DNA of 64,000 nucleotides, taken from IMG/VR virus record IMGVR_UViG_3300027971_000001; one strand, written 5' to 3'. The notes under the pieces are model-generated. The model was not told where the DNA came from. It did not search any database and was given only the letters and a program-made list of their open reading frames with translations. The stretch comes from a virus (Duplodnaviria > Caudoviricetes). The translations under genes were made by a program, and so were the position numbers. Every line of letters begins with the position of its first letter. Position 1 is the stretch's first letter. Below, in pieces: positions 17,661 to 27,176 of this stretch.

Positions 17661-18614
17661 TTACATTCCCATTCCTCTTTGTTGTTGTTCCTTGTATATC
17701 ACCTTTTCTTTTTCTATAATCTTGGGTTTTTCAACAATATGGTGTTTTTCAATAATTTTAGGTTCAACAAAGGTTTCAACAATATTTAGCTTAGTTTTTT
17801 CCAAATATTGATATAAAAGAACCAATGACAATGCCATAGGATCAAAAACAAAGATTAATACCAAAATAAAATAACGCACTGTTCGGTCCAAATCCAATCC
17901 CAATCCATCTGCAATAAACTTGAATGTCAAAATATCACTCTTTTTGGCTTGAGTTTGACGACTGTTTAATATCTGATTTTCCAAATCCAATATCTCTTTT
18001 TGAATAATATCATATTGTTGCATCAAATTTGAATATTCAGTATTTGCATTTTGAATTGCATCTGATGAAATCTGGATCATTTTGTCTTTTGTTTGTTGGG
18101 CTTTTTTATCGTTATAAACAATCTTTTCACCATCCCGATCTTTTCCTTCTACCATTGTGGTGCTTTTTACAGCATCATTCAAACGCAGTTCTTGTTCTTT
18201 TTTGCTATCATTTAATTTTTTAAGACGATCATCGTATTGAACAAGCATTTCCTTTTTCTTGCTTTTGATACTTTCCAGATTTATTATTTTTCCTTCATCA
18301 ATACTATATTCTGCTTTACTGACAGTATAAGCTGAACTAAGAAATCCATAAATTCCAAGACTTGTAATAATTGAAAGAGCAACCACTCCTGCAAACAAGT
18401 ACGTTTTTAAGAATTTGTTAAGATTTCCCCAAAGATTATGAAGTCCTACAGTTGCTGTAAACTTAGCTGCTTCAAGACCTAATCCCAAAATAATAATGCT
18501 TATAAACTGGCTTTTGAAAAGATGTGCCATTCCATAAACAGAAAAGAATGCAGCACTACCTGCAAGAATGAATATGCTTCCAAGAAGCGAAGGCTTGAAC
18601 CAATTCTGCTTCAC
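17661..18614 (-). CDS. Membrane protein with 3+1 TM helices and coiled coil
   Basis: AAFFSVYGMAHLF, LEAAKF N-terminal TMs, long coiled coil, IFVFDPMALSL TM. Confidence 0.7.
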   Translation of the reverse strand: MKQNWFKPSLLGSIFILAGSAAFFSVYGMAHLFKSQFISIIILGLGLEAAKFTATVGLHNLWGNLNKFLKTYLFAGVVALSIITSLGIYGFLSSAYTVSKAEYSIDEGKIINLESIKSKKKEMLVQYDDRLKKLNDSKKEQELRLNDAVKSTTMVEGKDRDGEKIVYNDKKAQQTKDKMIQISSDAIQNANTEYSNLMQQYDIIQKEILDLENQILNSRQTQAKKSDILTFKFIADGLGLDLDRTVRYFILVLIFVFDPMALSLVLLYQYLEKTKLNIVETFVEPKIIEKHHIVEKPKIIEKEKVIYKEQQQRGMGM

Positions 18615-19054
18615 GAAAGGAATGTAATATCACCAGAAGAAGGAGCAGCTCCACCTGCTGTTACTCTTGCACCATTTGCATTGATGGGAAGAATACCAAC
18701 AGGAACTGTTCCGAAACTTATCCATTGTCCTCCTATATAAAAATCATAAGCTTTGCTGGCTCCAACAAAAACATTGGCTCCTGCTGAAACCGGATCCAGA
18801 ACAGTGTTTACAGTGATGGGAATAGCTTTTGTGAATCCCGCTGGAGTTGTTACAACGGCATATCGATTATAAACATATGGCTGAATGTCTATAAATGCAG
18901 GATTGGCACAAACGCTGGGGTTTAGTGACGAATTTAGTATATTTTGCTTGTAAGATGTTACAGGAGGAAAAGCAGTGCTACTTGCTAGCTCTTTAAACTT
19001 TCCTTCTTCAAACGTTTGGTAATATCTGACTACATTTGCTGGTAAATATGCCAT
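18611..19054 (-). CDS. Probable structural protein
   Basis: 147 aa, beta-rich; TAAATA 5 nt upstream (19060-19065). Confidence 0.6.
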   Translation of the reverse strand: MAYLPANVVRYYQTFEEGKFKELASSTAFPPVTSYKQNILNSSLNPSVCANPAFIDIQPYVYNRYAVVTTPAGFTKAIPITVNTVLDPVSAGANVFVGASKAYDFYIGGQWISFGTVPVGILPINANGARVTAGGAAPSSGDITFLS

Positions 19055-19077
19055 GCAAATATTTAGTAAAAATGGCT

Positions 19078-19275
19078 TTAATTAATAAAACCATTTTTCA
19101 AATTATATACACTATTTCCTTCTTGGTCTGTTATTTCCAGGATTTCATCCGTATAACAATTTATTTTTTCAAAAATACTTTTGTGGGCTTCATGAGCATC
19201 CAACGCACTCACGTCTTGAGTATGAATCTGTTTCTTTTCATTGTTAATGATCTTTACAGTGTACTTTTCATTCAT
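19078..19275 (-). CDS. Small hypothetical protein
   Basis: Start corrected to MNEKYTVK (19275): TAAATA at 19281-19286 is 5 nt upstream, and the longer ORF would overlap the upstream gene. Confidence 0.6.
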   Translation of the reverse strand: MNEKYTVKIINNEKKQIHTQDVSALDAHEAHKSIFEKINCYTDEILEITDQEGNSVYNLKNGFIN

Positions 19276-19303
19276 AAAACTATTTACAACCTTGTTTGAA
19301 TTT

Positions 19304-19519
19304 TTAAAGCTGGGAAGGACGCTTAATATGTAATGTAAAATTCTCACAGCCAACACAATCTTCAATATTAAAGCAACGAAATCTTCCGTCATTTAGCTGA
19401 ACAATAAACATAGGAGAATGGTCTAGACCATAATCAATCAATACTATTGCACGACCTTCACCATGTTCTTTGGCTTGAACCCATATTGGCGGTTCAAGCT
19501 GCAACAATGTTTGCCTCAT
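19304..19519 (-). CDS. Conserved small phage protein
   Basis: LQLEPPIWV...G...LIDYG..H...IVQL resembles a widespread phage family. Confidence 0.7.
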   Translation of the reverse strand: MRQTLLQLEPPIWVQAKEHGEGRAIVLIDYGLDHSPMFIVQLNDGRFRCFNIEDCVGCENFTLHIKRPSQL

Positions 19520-19878
19520 TAGAAACTACCCAGATGTTCAATACCTGTTTTTTTATTTAATATATTATTTTCTGTCAGAATAAAATTGCCATATACATTT
19601 GTTTGCAAAATATTTTTATTTTGCAAATTAATACTGCGTCCCATGTTTTTATCAGCTATTGCTTCAATTATCAAACAAGGAGAAAAGCCATTTAAAAACA
19701 TGCTATTACTTTTCCATTCATAAACATACCGATTTCCATGTACTTGCTTAAGGAAAAGAACAGGTCTTTTTTCACAAAATAGGCTTAAATAAGCATCAAT
19801 TTTTGCAAAATTCTCTTGAATATGCCTATTTCCTGTATACAATGATGCAATATTTTTATAGTCCTGTGCAAGCTTCAT
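19519..19878 (-). CDS. Hypothetical late protein
   Basis: 119 aa; TAAATA 6 nt upstream. Confidence 0.6.
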   Translation of the reverse strand: MKLAQDYKNIASLYTGNRHIQENFAKIDAYLSLFCEKRPVLFLKQVHGNRYVYEWKSNSMFLNGFSPCLIIEAIADKNMGRSINLQNKNILQTNVYGNFILTENNILNKKTGIEHLGSF

Positions 19879-19911
19879 CCTTATTATTTAGTAATATAAA
19901 TATTATATAAA

Positions 19912-20352
19912 ATGAGTTTAAAACTTTGTTTTACTCGTAGGTTCAACAGGTTACTAAGCGAACTTAAGATTGATGATGGTTTTTTAAGAAAAGAGATATT
20001 AAACCTTTTCAAAGGTATAAAGAAAAAAATACGTTCTAAACGATTATTTTTCGATACTCATGGCAACCTTAAGAATTCGTGTTATGTGCATTGTTTGATA
20101 CGCATTCAAACATATTCAATTGATAATTGTCACTTTAATAAAAAGCGACGTAATTTTTTACGAGATCTACTGCATGAATTAAGGCATTTCCAACAACACA
20201 TAATTTACCAAATGGATATGAATGAGTATAGCTTAAAAGACATGAATGAAATAACAAAAGAGTATTACAACAGCAAAATTGAAATCGATGCCAGAAAATA
20301 CGAAAAACGTTACGTCAAAATTTATAAACGTCTCAGAAAACTTTACGGTTGA
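19912..20352 (+). CDS. HExxH zincin-like metallopeptidase-motif protein
   Basis: LLHELRHFQQ followed by EIDAR; TATAAATA at 19895-19902. Confidence 0.6.
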   Translation: MSLKLCFTRRFNRLLSELKIDDGFLRKEILNLFKGIKKKIRSKRLFFDTHGNLKNSCYVHCLIRIQTYSIDNCHFNKKRRNFLRDLLHELRHFQQHIIYQMDMNEYSLKDMNEITKEYYNSKIEIDARKYEKRYVKIYKRLRKLYG

Positions 20353-20623
20353 TAAGGTAAAGAGTTCCAGGGATGCAAAAAAATAACCATCCCAGATCAA
20401 AAAGAAATCCGGCAATAAACAAACTCAACCAAAAACTAATGCATATATGGCAACCGTTTAGTTTTGCCAGCAATGGATATTTTAATGAAAGATAATCTTG
20501 CAAAGGAATTTTTGTAAAAATTTGAAAATGTTCCTGAATAGGACTTTTAAACCATATAACCAAAAGGGTTTCAACAATCAAACCCGCAAGAAAAATTGAT
20601 TCAAGCAGCATTTTCCAAAACAA
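20333..20623 (-). CDS. Membrane protein with CxxC (DUF1360-like)
   Basis: Hydrophobic helices flanking LNGCHICISFW. Confidence 0.55.
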   Translation of the reverse strand: MFWKMLLESIFLAGLIVETLLVIWFKSPIQEHFQIFTKIPLQDYLSLKYPLLAKLNGCHICISFWLSLFIAGFLFDLGWLFFCIPGTLYLINRKVF

Positions 20624-20846
20624 GATTTTTTTTGATTGCTTGAATAGTGTTGGTTCTTAAATTATTATGCATGCAAGGATAACATCCACCTTGCTTTTTC
20701 AAATTGGCATTGGCCGTGATATAATTGTTTCTTAACGATTGGCAATTCTGAATTTCACTTGGACAAGGTTCTTCCATAATGAAAAACTGGTTTATTATAT
20801 TATATTCCCGAACAATATCCATAAACTTATAATCCAAAAGTGGCAC
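20601..20846 (-). CDS. Small Cys-containing hypothetical protein
   Basis: PCPSEIQNC...GGCYPC; coupled to neighbours. Confidence 0.6.
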   Translation of the reverse strand: MPLLDYKFMDIVREYNIINQFFIMEEPCPSEIQNCQSLRNNYITANANLKKQGGCYPCMHNNLRTNTIQAIKKNLVLENAA

Positions 20847-21912
20847 TAAATGCGCTAGTCAAAGTGGTAAATGTCTGAGTTACTGGATTATATTTTTTAA
20901 ATGCTATTGTATCAACATAAGCATCATACCCGTCATCCACATTGATAAATGTACCCGCATGTACAAATACATCTTTGCTATTTTCTCCTTGGAAAAATGC
21001 ATTATATGAAATGGGCAAGATGGTTTCCACTGCACTCAAAGCAGCCACAAGAATAGCATCTGTAGCTATCTTCATTCTTGAAGCATATGTCCCACCTTGA
21101 GTAGGAGATGCGGCAGTTAATGCATTTCTTGTGGTTCGGTTTGAATATAATGTATTAACAAGTGTATATTGTTGAAAATCATTAATAGTAAATTCTGCAC
21201 TAGGGAATGTTGGTGCGGTTGCACTCAAAGGACCAACGATTCGAGCTTGAGCTGCATTTACAGCTCCACATGTTTGGCTAAGATTTCCACCTTGACCTCG
21301 ACGCTTCATGAAACCTACTTGACCACTCTTTGTAATTCCAATATGAGGATGCACATATATGAACAATGCACCCGTTTCAGTTACGTGACTCATCCATGCG
21401 AAAAGACCAACTATTCCTGGGAAAGGATATCCACCAATTCCTCCTGCAAAGAATGGACCACTGAATTGTTGCAGAGATTCTGGATATTGCCCAAACGTGT
21501 TATTGGGGAATATGGGTGCATTTTTATCATCAGAACAAATACAAGCCGCCGTGATCACATCATCTGGGGTATAACCACAAAGAGTTTGTATAAATGTGGC
21601 ACATCTACTTCCAAATGTTTCTGCCAAAACAGCATTAGGATATGTAATTCTTACAGTGCTCGTATAAGCACTTTGATCGGCAGTAGCAGGTGATGTTTGG
21701 GTAGTATTGAATAAAGGAATATAATATGTTGCTCCATTGATCAAAACAGGCAATCCGGTAGAACCTTGGCTAATAGTTAGCCCAGTTGTGTAATTAGAAG
21801 CACTTGTCGGAAAACCGTATGTGCTATCAATTAAATTTTTAAAATCATTAGAAGAAGGTGTATGACCTGCTGAAAACGAATCGTATAGTGCATCTTTGCT
21901 TACAATTGACAT
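20827..21912 (-). CDS. LCIB-family beta-carbonic anhydrase fused to a fibre-type N-terminal module
   Basis: CSDD, GPFFAGGIGGYPFPGIVG, HPHIGIT, R.GQ...TCGA, DFQQ, GTFIN follow the LCIB/C signature with Cys/His/Cys zinc ligands; N-terminal SKDALYDSFSAGHTPSSNDFKNLIDS. Confidence 0.85.
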   Translation of the reverse strand: MSIVSKDALYDSFSAGHTPSSNDFKNLIDSTYGFPTSASNYTTGLTISQGSTGLPVLINGATYYIPLFNTTQTSPATADQSAYTSTVRITYPNAVLAETFGSRCATFIQTLCGYTPDDVITAACICSDDKNAPIFPNNTFGQYPESLQQFSGPFFAGGIGGYPFPGIVGLFAWMSHVTETGALFIYVHPHIGITKSGQVGFMKRRGQGGNLSQTCGAVNAAQARIVGPLSATAPTFPSAEFTINDFQQYTLVNTLYSNRTTRNALTAASPTQGGTYASRMKIATDAILVAALSAVETILPISYNAFFQGENSKDVFVHAGTFINVDDGYDAYVDTIAFKKYNPVTQTFTTLTSAFSATFGL

Positions 21913-21920
21913 AATATTAT

Positions 21921-23717
21921 TTATGCAGGGGTTGGTGTTTCTCCACCTGTTGTTTCAGGTGTTTCTGGAGCTTCAGGTGCTTCTGGAGGAGCTTCCCCAC
22001 CGGCTTCAGGGGCTTCAGGGGCTGGTGTGGGTCCTCCTGGTGTTGGGCCAAATTCAGGAGGGGTTTCCGCTCCTCCACCTGCTTTTGGCTGCTTTTCACC
22101 ACTTTCAAACTGTTTACGCCAATCTGGACCTGCTCCTGAGATTTGATCAATCTCCCACTTGAGTTCGGCATCTTTACGAAGGAATTCACGATTGGCAAGA
22201 ACCATACGGTCAGTCCATCCCAAAATCTTCTTTTGCATGTAAATCTTGCTAATACTGTCATTATTAGTGATATTATTGAATCCTTCTGTACGCATCTGCA
22301 TTTTTTGCAATTCACGCATTTCATAAAAATTAGAGGGAACATTAAAAGTAAGATCAATATGATTCTCTTTCAAACCATACTCACTCCACATTCTTTTTAG
22401 TTTAAGATTTGTGATAAATCCATTCTTAAGACCATCAGCAAAACGAAGCTGTTGACGAATGATAAATTTGGAAAATTTAAGTTCTTCCCGAAGAATTTCT
22501 GTTCCATCCTTATATGTGTCTTCTGGATTCAAACGAGAAGAAGGAACTTTCAAACTTCTGTACAACTTTTTCATGAAGTACATTAAGTCATTCAATTCAC
22601 CCAGATTCTGACCACCTTGTAGTTGTGTTACATTGGTTCCTTCTTGACCAGTGCGCTTGGCAAACCAAAAACTATCTAACATGCTTTGTGGATTGAATTT
22701 CTGTACTGTTGCATCTTGACTGGAATCAAACGTTTTGCGATTCCAATACTGTTGCATGAGACGACGCATGTATCCTTCTGCTTTGGCCGGACTCATGTTT
22801 CCAACATCCACATTAAAAACAAGCTTTTCTGGAGCACGAACCAAACGATAAATTACAATACTATCTTCAATCAATGAAAGCTGGCGATAAGCTCGACGTG
22901 CATTTTCAAGAAAAGGAAGACGAACTGTTTTGTTTTCATTCCATATTCCGCTATTAATATAAGTTACCTGATTCTTATCCAAAGGAACGATTTGATAATC
23001 CACAACCTTAGTTGGATTTGTTTTATCAAAAATAGGTTTTCTTAAAACGAAACCTTTAACCAAAAGATTCTGCACATTTCCAAAAACAGGATCTATCAAC
23101 TCCGGAGGAATACTGACAACACCAAGAATACCTTCTTGGGGATAATCTCTATGAATGATATGCTCGAAATAAATTTCTGCATCCACAAGCAAATGACGGA
23201 AATATTCCCATCCCCTATGCTCTAATTCAAAAAGATTAATATAACGACGAAATTCCTTTTCAATTTCTTCTCTCTGAATATCTGTCAATTCAGAATCATG
23301 AAAACGCAGCTTTACAATTCTTCCTTCTTCATCGACATTTATAACTTCATCACAAATTTCATCCAATGCATCTGCAACTTCTGAAAAAGCTGCCATCGTT
23401 CTATAATCTCGGATTCTTGCTGCTTTATCTGATTGTATATTTGCATACAAATAAGTTGATAAACTGTTATCACTTGCAATTGCTCCAATGCTAGTTTCAT
23501 TTACGCTTGTGCTACTGCTTATACTATGTTTGGCAATTGCTTCTGTACGACGACTTCCAGTATCTTGAAAAAGAGAGAACTTAGGATTTAGTTGGGACAA
23601 AACATCAACAACAGAATAATTGTTGTATGGAAGACGTTCACTTATAAACTTTTGCAACCCACGACCAAAAGTTGTTGATCCACGATCATTTGTGGATGAG
23701 TAATCCGGTTGAGCCAT
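21921..23717 (-). CDS. 20: Portal protein (T4 gp20-like)
   Basis: YRLVRAPEKLVFNVDVGNM, SMLDSFWF, LYRSLKVPSSRL, ILREELKFSKFI; Pro/Glu-rich tail; TATAAATA at 23724-23731. Confidence 0.96.
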   Translation of the reverse strand: MAQPDYSSTNDRGSTTFGRGLQKFISERLPYNNYSVVDVLSQLNPKFSLFQDTGSRRTEAIAKHSISSSTSVNETSIGAIASDNSLSTYLYANIQSDKAARIRDYRTMAAFSEVADALDEICDEVINVDEEGRIVKLRFHDSELTDIQREEIEKEFRRYINLFELEHRGWEYFRHLLVDAEIYFEHIIHRDYPQEGILGVVSIPPELIDPVFGNVQNLLVKGFVLRKPIFDKTNPTKVVDYQIVPLDKNQVTYINSGIWNENKTVRLPFLENARRAYRQLSLIEDSIVIYRLVRAPEKLVFNVDVGNMSPAKAEGYMRRLMQQYWNRKTFDSSQDATVQKFNPQSMLDSFWFAKRTGQEGTNVTQLQGGQNLGELNDLMYFMKKLYRSLKVPSSRLNPEDTYKDGTEILREELKFSKFIIRQQLRFADGLKNGFITNLKLKRMWSEYGLKENHIDLTFNVPSNFYEMRELQKMQMRTEGFNNITNNDSISKIYMQKKILGWTDRMVLANREFLRKDAELKWEIDQISGAGPDWRKQFESGEKQPKAGGGAETPPEFGPTPGGPTPAPEAPEAGGEAPPEAPEAPETPETTGGETPTPA

Positions 23718-23723
23718 ATTATT

Positions 23724-23731
23724 TATTTATA
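23724..23731 (-). promoter_or_regulatory. T4-type late promoter TATAAATA
   Basis: Exact consensus 6 nt before the portal ATG (23717). Confidence 0.75.
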
Positions 23732-23783
23732 AAATCAGGTAAATTTTCAATGCTAAATATTATTTTACAAATATTTGTATAAA

Positions 23784-24245
23784 CTAAGGATTATAAGCCA
23801 GATTACTGCCTGTATATGTTAGATAATTAAACAAATAGGTTAAAACAGAAACATTCTCACCTGCAGATATCATTTGCACATATGTAAATCGGCTGCTTTG
23901 ACTAGCCAGTGCGTAACCTGCGTCATTTGCAAAAACAAAATCAATTTTACAATTTCCCAGATAAACACTAGGCATTCTGAATCTTAATATATTATTATTT
24001 AAAACCTCATAACTGGTTATTGGATATCCTTTGAATGCCGGGAATTTTGCACTAATACTTTTTATATTTGAATAAAAATTATAACTAGAAAGTATAGGGT
24101 TTGTTACATTTGCTGAAAGATAAAGCCCATTTCCTGTTATGTAATCAAACATGTCTCCCTGAAATGTAAAAATAGCGGCGCTGGAACCTTGTACTATTGT
24201 AAGTGTAGGTTCCTGATTTAATTCGGGATAAAATCTTTTAATCAT
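23784..24245 (-). CDS. Probable structural protein (Ig-like beta-rich)
   Basis: 153 aa, downstream of gp15. Confidence 0.55.
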   Translation of the reverse strand: MIKRFYPELNQEPTLTIVQGSSAAIFTFQGDMFDYITGNGLYLSANVTNPILSSYNFYSNIKSISAKFPAFKGYPITSYEVLNNNILRFRMPSVYLGNCKIDFVFANDAGYALASQSSRFTYVQMISAGENVSVLTYLFNYLTYTGSNLAYNP

Positions 24246-24248
24246 ATA

Positions 24249-25064
24249 TTAATCAATCGTTACACTTACCGGTCCAACAAATTTCGGATTTGCACTTAGA
24301 CTGATTACGTCAGTGTTATAGAATGCACTTTGAGGTGAATTTAATGTATATGCCTCGGATTTTAGAGCATAATAATTATCATATTCAAGCAATGCTTTGG
24401 AAGAAGAAGCTGTAATATACGTATTGATGTAAAATATATTTTTGACTGGATCTGTTTCTTGTGGAAAGATCCAACCTTTTATTGTGAAGCTTGTGTCCGC
24501 CACAATTAATGCTTTTGCTGTGGGGTCTTGTTCTACAGGATATTGAAGATTAACATTACCACTCCACAATACTTCGCTTCTTATTTCCTGAATAACACCC
24601 AAATCATATGAAGATGGTATCTGCCAAGAAAGAATGATATAAGGATTGTTAAAAGGAATAAAATTACTCAAAATCTGATCCATATCGCTTTGATATCTTG
24701 TAAGAATTGACATATTAATTCCAATATCAATCGGAACAGGAGTTCTGAAAAAAGTTGTTTTCTCTTTTCGTTTACTATCCGCATCACCTTGTGGAACATA
24801 AAAACCTGCAATTTTATTAAAAACTCTGCTTTCATCCCGATTAAGACCTGTGATTGTTACGGATACAACAGGAAGTGTAAGATTTTGACCAGGAGTTACA
24901 ATATCAAACAATACCCTTTGTTTTGGGGCATAAAGATAACGAACCTTGACTTCTTTTTCAGCATCCCGATTTTGATTGAATCTTTTGATAACTGTGCCAT
25001 CAAAAGCATCTATAAAGGATGCTATAAGGTCTTTTACTTCAAAGTGATACGATTGTTGCAGCAT
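24249..25064 (-). CDS. 15: Tail terminator / sheath stabiliser (T4 gp15-like)
   Basis: VRYLYAPKQR, LPVVSV, PVPIDIGINMSILTRYQSDMDQILSNFIPF, FTIKGWIF. Confidence 0.88.
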   Translation of the reverse strand: MLQQSYHFEVKDLIASFIDAFDGTVIKRFNQNRDAEKEVKVRYLYAPKQRVLFDIVTPGQNLTLPVVSVTITGLNRDESRVFNKIAGFYVPQGDADSKRKEKTTFFRTPVPIDIGINMSILTRYQSDMDQILSNFIPFNNPYIILSWQIPSSYDLGVIQEIRSEVLWSGNVNLQYPVEQDPTAKALIVADTSFTIKGWIFPQETDPVKNIFYINTYITASSSKALLEYDNYYALKSEAYTLNSPQSAFYNTDVISLSANPKFVGPVSVTID

Positions 25065-25087
25065 AAGTGTACCTTAAAGTATTTACT

Positions 25088-25432
25088 TTAAGATAAAGCA
25101 CTTAGAACCATATTTATATTATAATATTTTTTCTTCTTTGGAATCGGTAGTGTTTTCAAAACAGATGAAATGCTATGCATACCTTTAGAAAGGTTGTTTA
25201 AATGAAAATCAAATTCCAAATGATTCTTTTTAACACGAAATTCAAAAGGATAAGGTATTTCAAAAATCTTACGTTCTTTTCTGTCACAGGTTATAGTGAA
25301 GTTTAGGTAAAAGTCTTTTACCGAAAAAAGAAGCAGTCTTCCCTCCCGATATTGTTTATTCTCCGAAATAAAAACAACTTTTTTCTGAAGATAATCCAAA
25401 ATAGTTTTTTCGATATCTTCAGGAAGTTTCAT
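25088..25432 (-). CDS. Hypothetical protein
   Basis: 114 aa, coupled to upstream gene. Confidence 0.65.
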   Translation of the reverse strand: MKLPEDIEKTILDYLQKKVVFISENKQYREGRLLLFSVKDFYLNFTITCDRKERKIFEIPYPFEFRVKKNHLEFDFHLNNLSKGMHSISSVLKTLPIPKKKKYYNINMVLSALS

Positions 25433-25811
25433 GTATCCATATACCTCATTTTTTCACCCGCCGAAAGAACTGCTAGCTTCTTCTCAAAGAAATCCCAAAA
25501 CTTGTCAGAAGGAATAATTTGAATCAGATCACAATCATCCATACTAATGTTTCGATAATCCTGCATGATGATATCCCAAACATTTAAAATGTTTTTTGCA
25601 GTTCGGTTAAAATATGGAACAGGCTTGCTTACGCTTATAGGTCTGAAATTAAGTGTGATTCTTCCGGCTGGACTATTCAGAAACCTTTTATCGTTGCTGC
25701 AAATCATTCTTCGTTCTGCGGGATGACCGGCTTTTGGCCGTCTCCGTGCAAATCGGATTTCAGCGACGTTGTTTTCTAGAATTGTTTTTAGAGCTTGTAA
25801 TGCTATTTTCA
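25429..25811 (-). CDS. SH3/Sm-like protein (DUF2693/WYL_2-like)
   Basis: L.NNVAEIRF...RRMICS...VWDI...YRNI; ATG 25811 preferred over TTG 25836. Confidence 0.55.
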
Positions 25812-26206
25812 TTTTTTCGGGGTTGGCATACGCCAAAAATTCTTTGTTCGTTTATGAAAAGACCATGCTTAACCAAGCCGTGATCAACCACATCAATTTT
25901 ATTTATTTGTACGCCCATGTTATTTGGGAACATGATAATATCATTCTTTTTAACAAGCTTACAATTAGGACCAAGAAGAATGACTTTTGCCAAACGCCAA
26001 GCATTTGTCATGGCATTTGTTTTTACAATAATACCATTTCTTACAATTTCATCCTTTTCACCAGCCAAATCTGTAAATTCTGCTAAAATCACATCATCCA
26101 ATATTTTTTCAAGATTGTATCCTGTAAAAATACTATCAAATGAACTTCCGGAATGACTGCTTAAATCAATTATGCTTTTGCTTACTGGAATTTTATCTAT
26201 ATTCAC
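25760..26206 (-). CDS. GroES-like co-chaperonin
   Basis: LDDVILAE...NGII...AKVILLGPNCKLVKKNDIIMF...E..IFG follows the Cpn10 pattern. Confidence 0.75.
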   Translation of the reverse strand: MNIDKIPVSKSIIDLSSHSGSSFDSIFTGYNLEKILDDVILAEFTDLAGEKDEIVRNGIIVKTNAMTNAWRLAKVILLGPNCKLVKKNDIIMFPNNMGVQINKIDVVDHGLVKHGLFINEQRIFGVCQPRKNENSITSSKNNSRKQRR

Positions 26207-26214
26207 AGTAGTAA

Positions 26215-26616
26215 TTATGAATCAGAATAAATTTGCAATAGATTTTCTAAATCTTTTGAATTTACTGTTTTCAGTATAAGTTCGGCATCTCGTGTGCCCA
26301 TTTCCATATTTTTTGTCAAAATTTTAATAGGATTTTGCTTTTTCTCCTTGTCTTTGCTTTTGCTTAGATAGTTGATTTTTCTATAAGATTTTTTTGGCAA
26401 AAATACAAATAATATTTTTGATAATAAATCAAAGTCTTCAGTTAAATGTTGTTTATTGGTTATTTTATTAACAATTTGACATGCTTCTTTATCATAAAAA
26501 CTAATCCATCTATTGAGCATAAAGCTGCCCAAATTATCACTACAATGTTCCTTCCCAACATTATTTTTGTTTTTACTAAAAAGAATGTTGTTAATGTACT
26601 GAAAGAAATTTAACAT
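26215..26616 (-). CDS. 62: Clamp loader small subunit (T4 gp62-like)
   Basis: FFQYINNI, FMLNRWIS, LPKK...YL pattern of gp62 homologues. Confidence 0.7.
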   Translation of the reverse strand: MLNFFQYINNILFSKNKNNVGKEHCSDNLGSFMLNRWISFYDKEACQIVNKITNKQHLTEDFDLLSKILFVFLPKKSYRKINYLSKSKDKEKKQNPIKILTKNMEMGTRDAELILKTVNSKDLENLLQIYSDS

Positions 26617-27176
26617 GCTGTGGATTTTAAAAATACAGAATCTGTTATCTTATAGAACATATCCACAATTGTTTGGGACAGCTTATTCATCTGTTCTTCA
26701 TTTAAATTCATTTCATATGTATATGCAGGAGAATTTTCCCCAGCAATATTACACAATGCTATATGACCCAAACCACAACCATTCAAAATTCTGTATCTTG
26801 CAATATTCAAAACACCTTGATTTTGAATAAGCCCTTTTCGTTTGAATTCCCGATTCACAATAATGTTATCCATATTCACGGCTAAAGGAATCTTTAGAAA
26901 TTCCTGGGAAAGCACGTTGGCTATTGAACTGACCAAGAAATGTGAAAATAACGCACCAGATACCGAATCATGAACAAGAGGATTCTCATAAACAATATTC
27001 AATGCTTCCTGCATTTCATCAATTCCAAATTGAGAAAAGTCATATCCTTTACCTGGATTTACAGTACCTGTGAAAACAATAACATTTCCACTAGGAAGTG
27101 CTTTGTCTCTGAAATAGGAATGCACAAACCTTTTGTTGATTATTTCGACATTAAAATTTTGTTTTGGTAGTATCAT
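26610..27176 (-). CDS. DUF366-like protein (BPL/LplA-fold family)
   Basis: GNVIVFTG, DNIIV and LGHIA segments align with the DUF366 layout as recalled. Confidence 0.5.
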   Translation of the reverse strand: MILPKQNFNVEIINKRFVHSYFRDKALPSGNVIVFTGTVNPGKGYDFSQFGIDEMQEALNIVYENPLVHDSVSGALFSHFLVSSIANVLSQEFLKIPLAVNMDNIIVNREFKRKGLIQNQGVLNIARYRILNGCGLGHIALCNIAGENSPAYTYEMNLNEEQMNKLSQTIVDMFYKITDSVFLKSTAC

